A stretch of DNA of 64,000 bases from Armatimonadota bacterium (GCA_052033935.1 JBPOJE010000011.1:75814-139813), one strand, 5' to 3'; shown: positions 1 to 9,624, counted from the stretch's first letter. Numbers and translations: made by a program. The notes: generated by a model from the letters alone, not told the origin.

Positions 1-160
1 GCGCGGGAGGCGCGCTGATGCTGTGGAGAGAAGAAGTTGTGCATGAGGCGTCGGGAAACGGACGGGCCGCGCCAAGGGAGGAAGGACTGAGCAGCGTGTA
101 TCAGGGGCTGAAGAAGCTGTTCCGGAGGCTGGGACTTTTTCGCACGGCGGAGCCAATTCC

Positions 161-517
161 TTGATAGCGGGCCTGGGGACAGACATCATCGAGATCGGGC
201 GGATTCGCGAGTTTGCGGCGCGTGGAGAGCGCTATTTGCGGCGGGTTTTCACGCCGCGCGAGCTTGCCACGGCATCCGAACGCAGGATGAGCGCGGCGTT
301 TCTGGCGGGCAGGTTCGCGGCGAAGGAGGCCGTCGCCAAATGCCTGGGGCCGCCGCTCAAGTGGAGCGAGGTGGAGATACTGGCTCTGGAGGATGGAAAG
401 CCGGAGGCCGCGCTGAACGGCCGCGCGGCAGAGATCGCGGGAGAGGGAAGAGTCCTCGTCACGATCTCTCACAGCCAGGACTACGCGGTGGCTGTGGCGA
501 TACTGGAGCGGGACTGA
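161..517 (+). CDS. acpS: holo-[acyl-carrier-protein] synthase (4'-phosphopantetheinyl transferase)
   Basis: 118-aa ORF with N-terminal GLGTDIIEIGRI motif and length/profile typical of AcpS; ends 22 bp before nnr. Confidence 0.85.
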   Translation: MIAGLGTDIIEIGRIREFAARGERYLRRVFTPRELATASERRMSAAFLAGRFAAKEAVAKCLGPPLKWSEVEILALEDGKPEAALNGRAAEIAGEGRVLVTISHSQDYAVAVAILERD

Positions 518-538
518 AGGGCGGAACGGGGGTAGCAG

Positions 539-2164
539 ATGAGAGTTCACAGCGCTGAAGAGATACGGGAGTTGGACCGCAGGACGGTGGAAGAGGCGGG
601 GGTGCCCTCGCTGATTCTGATGGAGAACGCCGGGCGGGCGGTGGCGGCCGCGGCGCTTGCCTGCGTTTTGAACGTGGAAGGCGAGGACAGGCAAACCGCA
701 GGCGATATGCGGCGTCTGGCGCCGCTGGCGGCGGGACCTCCGGAGTTCAGCGACGTCTGGGACGCGCGCGTGATTGTGGTCGCGGGCACGGGCAACAACG
801 GGGGCGACGGACTCGTGGCGGCCAGGCATCTGCTGGATCAGGGAATCGAGTGCGGGATTGTGCTGGCCGGGCCGGTGGAGAAGATCACCGGCGATGCGCG
901 AGTGAACCTTGAGGCTCTCATCCGGCGAGACGCGATCTTCTATGAATACCGCGAGGAAGCGCTGGATGCGGTAGAAGGGTACGCGGATGTGATCGTGGAC
1001 GCCCTGTACGGCACGGGACTGCACGGCGAAATGCCCAAAGAAGCGCGCGGGTTCGTCAGGGCCATCAACTCATCCGGAGCGCCGGTCGTTGCGGTTGACA
1101 TCCCTTCGGGCGTGAACGCGGACACGGGCAATATCTGCAAGGACGCCGTGTACGCCGACGTGACCGTTACGTTCGCGGCGCTGAAGCCGGGGCTGCTGAT
1201 GTATCCGGGTGCCAGCTTCGCCGGAGAAGTGATCGTTGCCGGCATCGGCATCCCGCCCACGCTCGTCAACATGACGGCCGAGCGGGCGCGGTACATCATC
1301 ACTGCCGATGAGGCCGCGGGGATCATCAGCAAAAGGATGCCGGATTCGCACAAGGGCAGTCACGGACACGCGGGGCTGTTTGCGGGCTCAACGGGGATGG
1401 TGGGCGCGGCGGCGATGTCGGGCGAGGCGGCGGCGCTTGCCGGGGCCGGGCTGACGACGGTGGTGACGCCGGGCGGACAGTATCCGATACTCGCCTCGCG
1501 CACCAGCGCCGAATGCATGACCCTGCCCATCGGGGCGGGCGACGCATTCTGCGCGGAAGATGTTGATGCAGCCCTGAGTGCGGCATCGCGCTTTGACGCG
1601 GTGGCCATCGGCTGCGGCATCGGGCGCTCGGAAGGGACGCAGGAGTTCGTGCGGCAGCTTGCCTCCAGGCTGGACCGGCGCTTCGTGCTTGACGCGGACG
1701 GGCTGTGGGCGCTCGGGCGGGACGCGGCGAAGATTCTGTCGGAGGCCGCCGACCGCGTGGTATTGACGCCCCACCCCGGCGAGATGGCGCGGCTGCTCGG
1801 AACTGACGCGGTATGGGTACAGTCGAACAGGTTGGAGGCGGCCGAGCGCGCGGCCGAAGAGTTCGGCTGTGTCTGCGTGCTCAAGGGCGCCCCAACGATT
1901 GTGGCACACCCCTGGGGAGAAACGTTCTTCAACCTCACGGGCAATCACGGTCTGGCTAAGGGCGGATCGGGAGACGTACTGACAGGCATCATCGTGAGCT
2001 TCCTGGCGCAGGGCATTCCGCCACTGGACGCGGCGGTTGCGGGCGTGTGGGTACACGGGCGCGCGGCGGATTTCGCGGCGGAGGGCCGCGCGAAGCGCAC
2101 GATCAGCGCCCCCGACACGGCGGCAGCGCTCTCGGAAGTTTTCAGACTACTGGGCCGGGACTGA
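539..2164 (+). CDS. nnr: bifunctional NAD(P)H-hydrate epimerase / ADP-dependent dehydratase (YjeF N+C)
   Basis: 541 aa. N-terminal YjeF_N motifs (LMENAGRAVA ... VAGTGNNGGDGLVAARHL); C-terminal carbohydrate-kinase-like half (KGSHGHAGLFAGS ... GGSGDVLTG). Confidence 0.85.
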   Translation: MRVHSAEEIRELDRRTVEEAGVPSLILMENAGRAVAAAALACVLNVEGEDRQTAGDMRRLAPLAAGPPEFSDVWDARVIVVAGTGNNGGDGLVAARHLLDQGIECGIVLAGPVEKITGDARVNLEALIRRDAIFYEYREEALDAVEGYADVIVDALYGTGLHGEMPKEARGFVRAINSSGAPVVAVDIPSGVNADTGNICKDAVYADVTVTFAALKPGLLMYPGASFAGEVIVAGIGIPPTLVNMTAERARYIITADEAAGIISKRMPDSHKGSHGHAGLFAGSTGMVGAAAMSGEAAALAGAGLTTVVTPGGQYPILASRTSAECMTLPIGAGDAFCAEDVDAALSAASRFDAVAIGCGIGRSEGTQEFVRQLASRLDRRFVLDADGLWALGRDAAKILSEAADRVVLTPHPGEMARLLGTDAVWVQSNRLEAAERAAEEFGCVCVLKGAPTIVAHPWGETFFNLTGNHGLAKGGSGDVLTGIIVSFLAQGIPPLDAAVAGVWVHGRAADFAAEGRAKRTISAPDTAAALSEVFRLLGRD

Positions 2165-2229
2165 CAGGGAGGACCGGCCGGAAGGTACAATTAACCTCAT
2201 ACATCTGACACCGGCGGTTCGCATGCCGG

Positions 2230-3552
2230 TTGGGCCACGAACGGAGGCGCACATTGGCAAGTCGCATCAAGCTTCTGACTCTCGCGCTGGCAGTGTTGCT
2301 GGCGCTGCCGCGGTGCGCGGCATACACACAGGAGGCGGACAAGAAACCGGCTGCCGCCAAGCCTGCTCCCGAGGCGGCAAAGCCGGAGGCAACCAAACCG
2401 GACGATGCCGCGAAGCCGGCGGGCAAGGAGATGTCGGGGACAATCAGCCTGCCAGCCAAAGGCGCTTACACCTGGTGGGCGGACGCCGGAGCGGGCAAGA
2501 TTCTCGCTGCCCCGAAGTCCTTTGAAGGCGAGTCGCTGGAGTGGTCTCTGCCTGCCGCCGATGACGCCACGATTCACATTCTGAACGACAAGACGGGCAA
2601 CGCCGCATCGCTGAGCGCCCCGGAATACGCGAAGCCCGGCGAGCACAAGCTCGTGGACGCCGACTTCAACCTGGTGCGCCGCCTGGATGTGAAGGTTTCG
2701 GCGAAGTCCGGAAAGCCGGTCAGCGTCGCGTCGGTGGTGCTGACGGACGCGAAGGGCGCGGTCAGCACGCGGATTCTGGAAGCGGCGGACAGGGGCGTGG
2801 CGCGGTTCTATGACGTCCCGCTGGGACCAGCCTCGCTGGACGTGGGATCGAGCGGGGTGAAGATTGCGCAGGAAGTAACCATCGAGCGCGAGCGCAAGTC
2901 GAAGGCGGCCATCGCTGAGGTGGTGCTGGCGGGCGACATTCCGACGGTGGCGCCCGAATCTGACGTAGCCAAGCAGAAGCCGGCCGCCCCGGCTAAGAGG
3001 AAGACCCCGCTCCGCTATTCTCTGCTGCAGTTTCTGGTGGCGCTGATTCTGGTGGCCGCGATCGTTTACATCGCCTATCTGGTGTTGAGGGGCAAGGGCG
3101 TCACGATGAAGGGCGCGCTGGAGAAGGCGGGAATCGAGGTGGACAACGGCACGCTTCCGCCGCCAGCAGAGGCCGAACCTACCACCCCACCGCTCGACCC
3201 GAACCTTGTGGGGCCTGCTCCCGGTTCGGCTCCGGCCGCAGCGCCCCCGGCTGCTCCGTCCGTCAGCGGGCCGAGGCTCGTTGGGGTATCGGGGACTTAC
3301 GCCGGGGCTGTTTTCGCCATCAAGAGCCCGGCCACGATTCTGGGGCGTGACCCGTCCTGCGACGTGGCCCTTCCGGACGACCACACGGCCTCGCGGCGGC
3401 ATGCGCGCATCGCGGCGAACGGGGGCGTTGTGATTCACGACGAAGGCAGCTCGAACGGGACATTCGTGAACGGCGAGAAGGTGACCGAGCGCGAGATCAA
3501 GCCCGGAGACGACATTCAGATCGGGGCAACGCGGTTCCGGTACGAGGCGTAG
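2230..3552 (+). CDS. single-pass membrane protein with extracytoplasmic domain and C-terminal cytoplasmic FHA domain
   Basis: 440 aa. Signal/anchor (LLTLALAVLLALPRCAA), Ala/Pro/Lys-rich spacer, ~250-aa extracytoplasmic region, TM helix (LLQFLVALILVAAIVYIAYLVL), Pro-rich linker, FHA domain (GRDPSCDVALPDDHTASRRHARI ... SSNGTFVNGEKV). Confidence 0.75.
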   Translation: MGHERRRTLASRIKLLTLALAVLLALPRCAAYTQEADKKPAAAKPAPEAAKPEATKPDDAAKPAGKEMSGTISLPAKGAYTWWADAGAGKILAAPKSFEGESLEWSLPAADDATIHILNDKTGNAASLSAPEYAKPGEHKLVDADFNLVRRLDVKVSAKSGKPVSVASVVLTDAKGAVSTRILEAADRGVARFYDVPLGPASLDVGSSGVKIAQEVTIERERKSKAAIAEVVLAGDIPTVAPESDVAKQKPAAPAKRKTPLRYSLLQFLVALILVAAIVYIAYLVLRGKGVTMKGALEKAGIEVDNGTLPPPAEAEPTTPPLDPNLVGPAPGSAPAAAPPAAPSVSGPRLVGVSGTYAGAVFAIKSPATILGRDPSCDVALPDDHTASRRHARIAANGGVVIHDEGSSNGTFVNGEKVTEREIKPGDDIQIGATRFRYEA

Positions 3553-3553
3553 C

Positions 3554-4999
3554 GTGGTCTCTGTTGCAAAAGTCAGCCGCAGTGTAGTAGCTGGACTCGT
3601 GGCAGGTGTGGCGGGATGGACTGTGTTCATGGTGCTGTGGGCGCTCTACCCCTCCCGCAACCTTGAAGTGCTCGGCCTGCGCAGTGGCGCCTACGAGCAG
3701 CTCTTCGCGGCGATCTTCGGCGCACTCCTCGGACTTACACTCGGTTTCGTGGAAGGCATCAACACGGGGTCACAGAAGCAGCTCGTACGCGCCTGCGCTG
3801 CATTCACCGCCGCTGGCACGCTGGGCGGTCTGGTTGGCATCTATCTGGGACAGATGGCCATGGGCTTCATTGGTGGCAGCATACCGCGGTCGGACTTCAG
3901 GCTGATCGCTTTCTTGCGGCTGCTGCTTGCACGGACGTTGGCCTGGGGCCTCTGGGGTGTGGTGGCAGGCGTGGGCCTGGGCATTGCTCTCGGGGCCATC
4001 ACAGGATCAACACGCCGCCTTCAACTCGCCGCGGCGGGCGGCGCTCTGGGCGGGTTGCTCGGCGGGTTTCTCTTTCAGCTTCTGGGTGCGCTTGGCCCAC
4101 TCATGAGCTACCCTGTCCAGACGTTGGTGTCCTTCACGTGCATCGCCGTAGCCATCGCATTCCTGCAGGCGCTGGCGCAGGAGATGTTCAAGCAGGCGTG
4201 GGTGAGGGTACTCGTGGGCAGAGGCGAGGGACGGGAGTTCCAGATCGCGAAGCCCACCACCGTTATCGGGCGCGACGAGTTGGCGGACATCCCGCTGTTC
4301 GGCGACCAGCAGATCGCGAAGCGTCACGTGCTGATTCAGCAGGCGCAGGGGCGTCATACGGCGGTCGCGGCGGCCCCGGGGCTGGCGTTCGCGGTGAACG
4401 GGCAGATGCTCGCGAGCGCTCCGCTGAAAGACGGCGACCTCATCCGCATTTCATCGCGCGAGTTGGAGTTCCACGAGAAGGCCAGCCGGCAGTATTCCCC
4501 GGCAGCCGCGAGGCAGTTCCAGCAGCAGCCCCCGCCCGTATCCGAGCCGGCGGTTGACGTGGCCCCGGGCACCTGCCCGTTCTGCGGTCAGACGAAGGAC
4601 GCCTACGGCAACTGCGGCTGCACGGTGGGCACCGCTCAGCCCACGCCGCAGCCTGCGAATCAGGCGGCCACGCAGATGTTCGGGCAGTCTCCGGGCTTCG
4701 CGCCGGGCGGCGGGATCGGCTTCGCGATCGTCGCGGGCCCGGCCGCCGGAAGGCGCATCACCCTTGCCGAAGGCCAGTCGGCGGGCATCGGGCGGTCGCC
4801 GGACGCGGACATTGCGGTTGAGGCAGACACATTCATGTCGCGGCGTCATGCGCACATCAGCGTGCAGGGAGGAGCCGCCGTGGTGCAGGACGACGGCAGC
4901 GCGAACGGCACATTCGTGAACGGATCGAGGGTGACGCAGCAGGCTCTGCGCCCCGGAGATATCATATCGGTGGGACAGACGCAGATTCGCGTTGAGTAG
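3554..4999 (+). CDS. polytopic membrane protein with two FHA domains and a Cys4 zinc ribbon
   Basis: 481 aa. GTG start 2 nt after the upstream stop. About six hydrophobic helices in the first 200 aa. FHA-1 (VIGRDELADIPLFGDQQIAKRHVLI), CPFCGQ-x8-CGC zinc ribbon, FHA-2 (GIGRSPDADIAV ... SRRHAHI ... SANGTFVNGSRV). Confidence 0.75.
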   Translation: MVSVAKVSRSVVAGLVAGVAGWTVFMVLWALYPSRNLEVLGLRSGAYEQLFAAIFGALLGLTLGFVEGINTGSQKQLVRACAAFTAAGTLGGLVGIYLGQMAMGFIGGSIPRSDFRLIAFLRLLLARTLAWGLWGVVAGVGLGIALGAITGSTRRLQLAAAGGALGGLLGGFLFQLLGALGPLMSYPVQTLVSFTCIAVAIAFLQALAQEMFKQAWVRVLVGRGEGREFQIAKPTTVIGRDELADIPLFGDQQIAKRHVLIQQAQGRHTAVAAAPGLAFAVNGQMLASAPLKDGDLIRISSRELEFHEKASRQYSPAAARQFQQQPPPVSEPAVDVAPGTCPFCGQTKDAYGNCGCTVGTAQPTPQPANQAATQMFGQSPGFAPGGGIGFAIVAGPAAGRRITLAEGQSAGIGRSPDADIAVEADTFMSRRHAHISVQGGAAVVQDDGSANGTFVNGSRVTQQALRPGDIISVGQTQIRVE

Positions 5000-5027
5000 G
5001 CGGTCAGCACAGGCGAGAGGTGATTTG

Positions 5028-6383
5028 ATGAGCATGAACATGTTCGGTTCGGACGATGATCGCACGCAGGCGTTCGGAGCGCCCCCACCGGACCCCGGAG
5101 CGACACAGGCTTTTGCGGCCGATATGAACCGCACCCAGATGGCGGGCGCGCCCGGCGCGGGCTCCATCACCCTGGAGATTGTCGCCGGCAACGCGTATGC
5201 CCTCTCCACGAAGAACACCCGCGAACACGCGCTGATCCGCGCAACGGCACCTCAGGGCGCAATGGGACAGCGCATGCCCCTCAACCTCTGCCTGCTGCTC
5301 GATCGCAGCGGCTCGATGGAAGGCCAGCCTCTGGAATACGCGAAGCGGGCCATGCACTATGTTGTGGACCTTCTGCAGCCCGCCGACGTGCTCTCGGTCG
5401 TAACGTTCGAAGACGGCGTCGAGGTGATGATGCCCGCGCGGCGCGTGGTGAACAAGGAGCTGATCAAGCAGCACATCTCGCGCATTCAGCCGGGCAACAC
5501 GACGAATATCTATGACGGTTTTGTGGCGGCCTGCAGCCAGGTGGCAAGCGTCCCGGCGGGGTATGTGAACCGCGTGCTGCTACTGACGGACGGCGAGCCG
5601 ACGGCCGGGCTGACCGACTTCCCCTCAATTGTGGGACAGGTGGCGGAACAGAAGTCGCGCGGGATTACCCTGACCTGCCTGGGGTTCGGCCCCGAGTACA
5701 ACGAAGAGCTTCTGGTGGGCATGGCGAAGCGGGCGGGCGGCAACTACTACTACATCGCGCGTCCGGATCTGCTTCAGGAGGTCTTTCGCAAGGAGATGGA
5801 GGCGTTGCTGTCGGTGGTCGGACGCAATCTGCGGCTGACGCTGAGGCTTTCGCGCTGGTGCCAATTGCGCCAGGTGTACGGCAAGCAGCCCACCTGGGGT
5901 GACCGGTCCGCCGAGGTGACGCTCGCCGATCTGGAGCGCGGCGCGACGGTGAGCGCGCTGGTCGAGATGGAGCTAGGCAACCGGCCGGGCGGAGTGTATC
6001 GCGTGGCGCGAGCGGAACTGCTGTACGATGACGCGGTGAGCGGACGGCAGGAGCGCGTGGGCGGCGACGTGGTTTTCAACTTCGTGGCGGACGAGAACCT
6101 GGTCGCGTCGGGCCGCAATGCGGCAGTGGATCAGGAGCTTCAGGTCGCGCTTGCTTCGCGCAGCCTGGAGCAGACGGTGATGGGCATGCGGACGCAGGCG
6201 ATCAGCCCTCAGGCAGCGGTCGCCGAGCTGGAGAAGACGCAGGCGCTGCTGGTGTCGCAGGGGCGCACGCAGGAGGCGGCGCAGGTGAAGGAAGCGCTGG
6301 ACGCGGCGCGTTCGGGAGCGGATCTGCAGAAGACGCTGGTGGGCACTGTTCTAAACCTCGAACAGGGCAAGACGAAGCAGTAA
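5028..6383 (+). CDS. von Willebrand factor type A (VWA) domain protein, cytoplasmic
   Basis: ATG at 5028 preceded by a GAGAGGTGA Shine-Dalgarno-like sequence. MIDAS DxSxS (LCLLLDRSGSM) and downstream LLLTDGEPT. No signal peptide. N-terminus carries three TQ motifs (RTQAFGA, ATQAFAA, RTQMAGA). Confidence 0.8.
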   Translation: MSMNMFGSDDDRTQAFGAPPPDPGATQAFAADMNRTQMAGAPGAGSITLEIVAGNAYALSTKNTREHALIRATAPQGAMGQRMPLNLCLLLDRSGSMEGQPLEYAKRAMHYVVDLLQPADVLSVVTFEDGVEVMMPARRVVNKELIKQHISRIQPGNTTNIYDGFVAACSQVASVPAGYVNRVLLLTDGEPTAGLTDFPSIVGQVAEQKSRGITLTCLGFGPEYNEELLVGMAKRAGGNYYYIARPDLLQEVFRKEMEALLSVVGRNLRLTLRLSRWCQLRQVYGKQPTWGDRSAEVTLADLERGATVSALVEMELGNRPGGVYRVARAELLYDDAVSGRQERVGGDVVFNFVADENLVASGRNAAVDQELQVALASRSLEQTVMGMRTQAISPQAAVAELEKTQALLVSQGRTQEAAQVKEALDAARSGADLQKTLVGTVLNLEQGKTKQ

Positions 6384-6491
6384 GCAGGTTGCAAACCCGC
6401 AAAGGATATCTCCAGCGCATGCGCCAATGAAGCGTCTGGTGAAACACCGGCACTGAGCGGCAAGGCCGCATTTGATGGACAGGAGATTTCT

Positions 6492-7247
6492 ATGGCTGGC
6501 AAGATTCCTATTGGTCTTCAGTTGTATTCGATTCGCGAGGACTGCGCACGCGATCTGCCCGCGACGCTGAAAGCAGTCGCGGAGATGGGCTATGACGGGG
6601 TGGAGTTCGCGGGCTACCACGGCTATCCGGCCGCGGACCTACGCAAGCTGCTGGACGATTGCGGGCTGAAATGCTGCGGAACCCACACGGGCATTGACAC
6701 CCTGCTGCCCGAGCAGATGGCAGCGACGGTGGAGTTCAACAAGACTCTCGGCAACCGGTTTCTGATAGTCCCGGGCCTGCCCGGGGAATACACGGAATCG
6801 AAGGCGGCGTGGCAGAAGACGGCACAGACCTTCAACCAGATAAGCGACGCCCTGGCGCCTCTGGGCATGGTGACGGGCTACCACAACCATTTCACCGAGT
6901 TCGCGCCGCTGGACGGCGAGATGCCCTGGGACACCTTCTTCGGCAACACGAAGAAGGAAGTGGTGATGCAGCTCGACACCGGCAACGCAATGCACGGCGG
7001 CGCGGACCCGGTGCCATTCCTGAAGCGCTACCCGGGGCGCGCGCTCACGGTGCACCTCAAGGAGTATGCGAGCGGGTACGACAAGGCGCTGATCGGCGAG
7101 GGCGAGGTGAAGTGGCAGGAGGTCTTCGAGCTCTGCGAGAACTTCGGCAACACCGAATGGTACATCGTGGAGCAGGAGTCGTACGCGCTGCCGCCGCTCG
7201 AGTGTGTTGACAAGTGCCTGCAGAACCTGCGCAAGATGGGCAAGTAG
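6492..7247 (+). CDS. sugar phosphate isomerase/epimerase (xylose-isomerase-like TIM barrel)
   Basis: 251 aa. N-terminal GLQLYSIRE ... MGYDGVEFAG signature of the AP-endonuclease-2 / xylose-isomerase-like TIM-barrel family. Confidence 0.75.
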   Translation: MAGKIPIGLQLYSIREDCARDLPATLKAVAEMGYDGVEFAGYHGYPAADLRKLLDDCGLKCCGTHTGIDTLLPEQMAATVEFNKTLGNRFLIVPGLPGEYTESKAAWQKTAQTFNQISDALAPLGMVTGYHNHFTEFAPLDGEMPWDTFFGNTKKEVVMQLDTGNAMHGGADPVPFLKRYPGRALTVHLKEYASGYDKALIGEGEVKWQEVFELCENFGNTEWYIVEQESYALPPLECVDKCLQNLRKMGK

Positions 7248-7430
7248 CAGCCCGGGTTCACAGCGCCGCCCGGCGAGGGCACGCTGCGGATTCATGAGCC
7301 CGCTGGCCCGCCCGGACCAACGGGCGCCATTGACCTTGCCGACCGTTTGGCCCTATACTGAGAGCTGGACGCCGCCGCGGCAATGACAGCTTCTCACCTT
7401 CGAGCAACTGCCTCACAGGAGAATGCCCAT

Positions 7431-9572
7431 ATGGTACGTTTGCAGATTCGTCAGTCTCTTACAGCCCTGATAGCAGCGCTCTTGTGCTGTGCGGCGCTGC
7501 CCGGACAGGCCGCCACGTCTGTGTATGTGACGCCGGACGGCGCTCTCTACGCGCTTGCCGTTTCCGGGCCGGACACCGTGGAGACGGCGCTTCAGGCGCT
7601 CGGCAACCCGCCTTACACGGCACCGGACGGCCGGGCGCTGGACTCCGCCATTCCTTTCGGAACCCGGCTTCTGAGCTACTCGGTCGGTGACGGCATGGCG
7701 ATTGTGGACTTCTCGCGCGACATTATCGGAGACGGACTGGATGACGCGCGCCTGGAAGCGATTCACACTCAGGTGAGGTTCACGCTGGAGACCAACGGCG
7801 CGCCAGCGAGCGCGCGCTTGCTTGCCGCGGGCAAGGACCTGTACGAGTATCTGCCGCCGGAAAACCCGGTTCCGCCGAATCCCGCTGGCCGCGCCGCGCC
7901 GAGGCTTGCGGCTGGAACTCTGGCGGGAAAGATCATCACTCTTTCGCCAGGGCATGGCCTCAAGTGGTCCGGAAGCTCGTGGACGACAGACCGGCCTGTT
8001 TACTGCGCCCCCCTGAACCAGGAAGACTACCACAACCTGGAAATGGGCATCTATCTGGAAACCTATCTTATGGAAGCCGGGGCGACACTGAAAACGAACC
8101 GCTGCACCAACAAGAGCTACGGCAACCACCCCATCGGCCAGCCATGGTGGCGCATGGGGCCGTCGTACTGGCTGCAGCACAAGGGCTACCCGTGTTCCAT
8201 CTACGCGAACTCCACCGGCGACTGCACGCTGGGGGCAGGGGCGAGCGAAGCCAACGACAACATCCGCGCGCGCGGGCTGGCCTCTAACTACGATGGGGTA
8301 GATATTCACGTCGCGATCCACACGAACGGTTATCGGGGCGACTGCGTTGGTTCGAGCTGCCCCTCGGGGACAGCCACGTATTACGACAATAGCACGAGCC
8401 ACGCCGCCTGGGGCGCTGTCAGCCGTGACCTAGCGACCAAGATCCAGAACGCCGTCATGAGCGCTGTCCAGAATCACTACCCGGACTCGACGTGGAAGAA
8501 CCGGGGGACGCCGGATTTCGCGGGCAACAACTACGAGACGCGCGTTCCACAGCGGGCCGCGGCCCTCATTGAGAACGGCTTCCACGACACCTGCGACAAG
8601 GACGCCGTGTATCTGCAGGACAACTTCTTCAGGTCCCTCACGATGTGGGCGATGTACAAGGGGATTTGCGACTACTTCGGTGTCGCGACCACGTGGGTGA
8701 TGTACTCCAGCGAGCTTGTGAGCCACGATATCCCGGCGAAGATGAAGGCCGGAGAGACGGTGCAGGCGCACATCACCATGCGCAACCACGGCGTGCTCTG
8801 GAACAACGCGCGCCAGTTCCGGCTGGGCGCGTTCGGTGACAGCGATCCGCTGAGCGCGACAACCCGCGTGGAGGTCGCCAGCGAGGTGGCTCCCGGCAAC
8901 TCGGTGACGTTCACGCTGACACTGACCGCCCCATCCAGGCCTGGAACCTACGTCACAGACTGGCAAATGGTACGGGACGGGTACACATGGTTCGGCGATG
9001 TGGTGCGGCAGTTCGTGGTGGTTGAAGCGGTGGACTCGGTTCCTCCCGAGATAGCCTTCGTAGCGGTGACGCCGAACCTGGCGGCACCGGGAGACAGCCT
9101 GCTTGTGGAGGTTGATGCAACGGATGACCGGGACGTGGCGTCGGTAACGGTTGCCGGACTGCCGATGTCGCACGTTTCGGACAGGATATGGTCACGGACG
9201 ATAAGCGCCACCGGGGGCCTCGGTGAGCATCCGCTGGCTGTCATTGCCACCGATACGAGCGGCAACACTACGACGGCGTCTGGCGCATATACCGTGGGAA
9301 GCATTCTGTGGGCTTCAAGCCAGAGCCTGAGCCAGGATGACATCATTGCTCTTATGGCCGGGCGGTATCTGTTCTCGACCTGGGGACGTGTGACGAGTGT
9401 GACCGTGGATGGCTTTGCTCTTCAGGGAGCGAATGGCGAGACAGTTCAGGTGAGAGCGCCCGGGCATACGCTCGGGCAAGGCCACTTCGCCGCCGCGCGC
9501 GGCAGGTGGGACGGCAACGCCACCCCGCCGGCGCTCAGCTGCCAGCCGCAGCATGTACACAGGCTGGACTAG
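7431..9572 (+). CDS. secreted multi-domain cell-wall amidase-like protein (GerMN-like N-domain, Amidase_3-like core, NBR1/CARDB-like Ig C-domains)
   Basis: Signal peptide from ATG 7431 (MVRLQIRQSLTALIAALLCCAALPGQAA). Core ITLSPGHG ... VDIHVAIHTNG ... TATYYDN resembles N-acetylmuramoyl-L-alanine amidase (Amidase_3) with a variant second zinc-site motif. C-terminal PAKMKAGETVQAHITMRNHG ... TYVTDWQMV matches the NBR1-like Ig fold. Confidence 0.55.
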   Translation: MVRLQIRQSLTALIAALLCCAALPGQAATSVYVTPDGALYALAVSGPDTVETALQALGNPPYTAPDGRALDSAIPFGTRLLSYSVGDGMAIVDFSRDIIGDGLDDARLEAIHTQVRFTLETNGAPASARLLAAGKDLYEYLPPENPVPPNPAGRAAPRLAAGTLAGKIITLSPGHGLKWSGSSWTTDRPVYCAPLNQEDYHNLEMGIYLETYLMEAGATLKTNRCTNKSYGNHPIGQPWWRMGPSYWLQHKGYPCSIYANSTGDCTLGAGASEANDNIRARGLASNYDGVDIHVAIHTNGYRGDCVGSSCPSGTATYYDNSTSHAAWGAVSRDLATKIQNAVMSAVQNHYPDSTWKNRGTPDFAGNNYETRVPQRAAALIENGFHDTCDKDAVYLQDNFFRSLTMWAMYKGICDYFGVATTWVMYSSELVSHDIPAKMKAGETVQAHITMRNHGVLWNNARQFRLGAFGDSDPLSATTRVEVASEVAPGNSVTFTLTLTAPSRPGTYVTDWQMVRDGYTWFGDVVRQFVVVEAVDSVPPEIAFVAVTPNLAAPGDSLLVEVDATDDRDVASVTVAGLPMSHVSDRIWSRTISATGGLGEHPLAVIATDTSGNTTTASGAYTVGSILWASSQSLSQDDIIALMAGRYLFSTWGRVTSVTVDGFALQGANGETVQVRAPGHTLGQGHFAAARGRWDGNATPPALSCQPQHVHRLD

Positions 9573-9624
9573 CGCGGGAACAGACAGTCCAGGCCGGAGC
9601 ACACACCACAGGAGATACGCCGCG

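Noticed and set aside
101-1024. 307-aa minus-strand ORF antisense to acpS/nnr, and many similar long antisense ORFs (e.g. 1388-2056, 2197-3630, 13868-15166, 21443-22135, 23005-24723, 26900-28573, 30769-32973, 35094-36122, 41326-43416, 47840-49315, 51130-52794, 54466-55773, 61356-63059)
   Set aside because: Arg/Pro/Ala/Gly-rich low-complexity translations with no motifs, each antisense or out of frame to a gene with clear family signatures. Typical GC-rich shadow ORFs.
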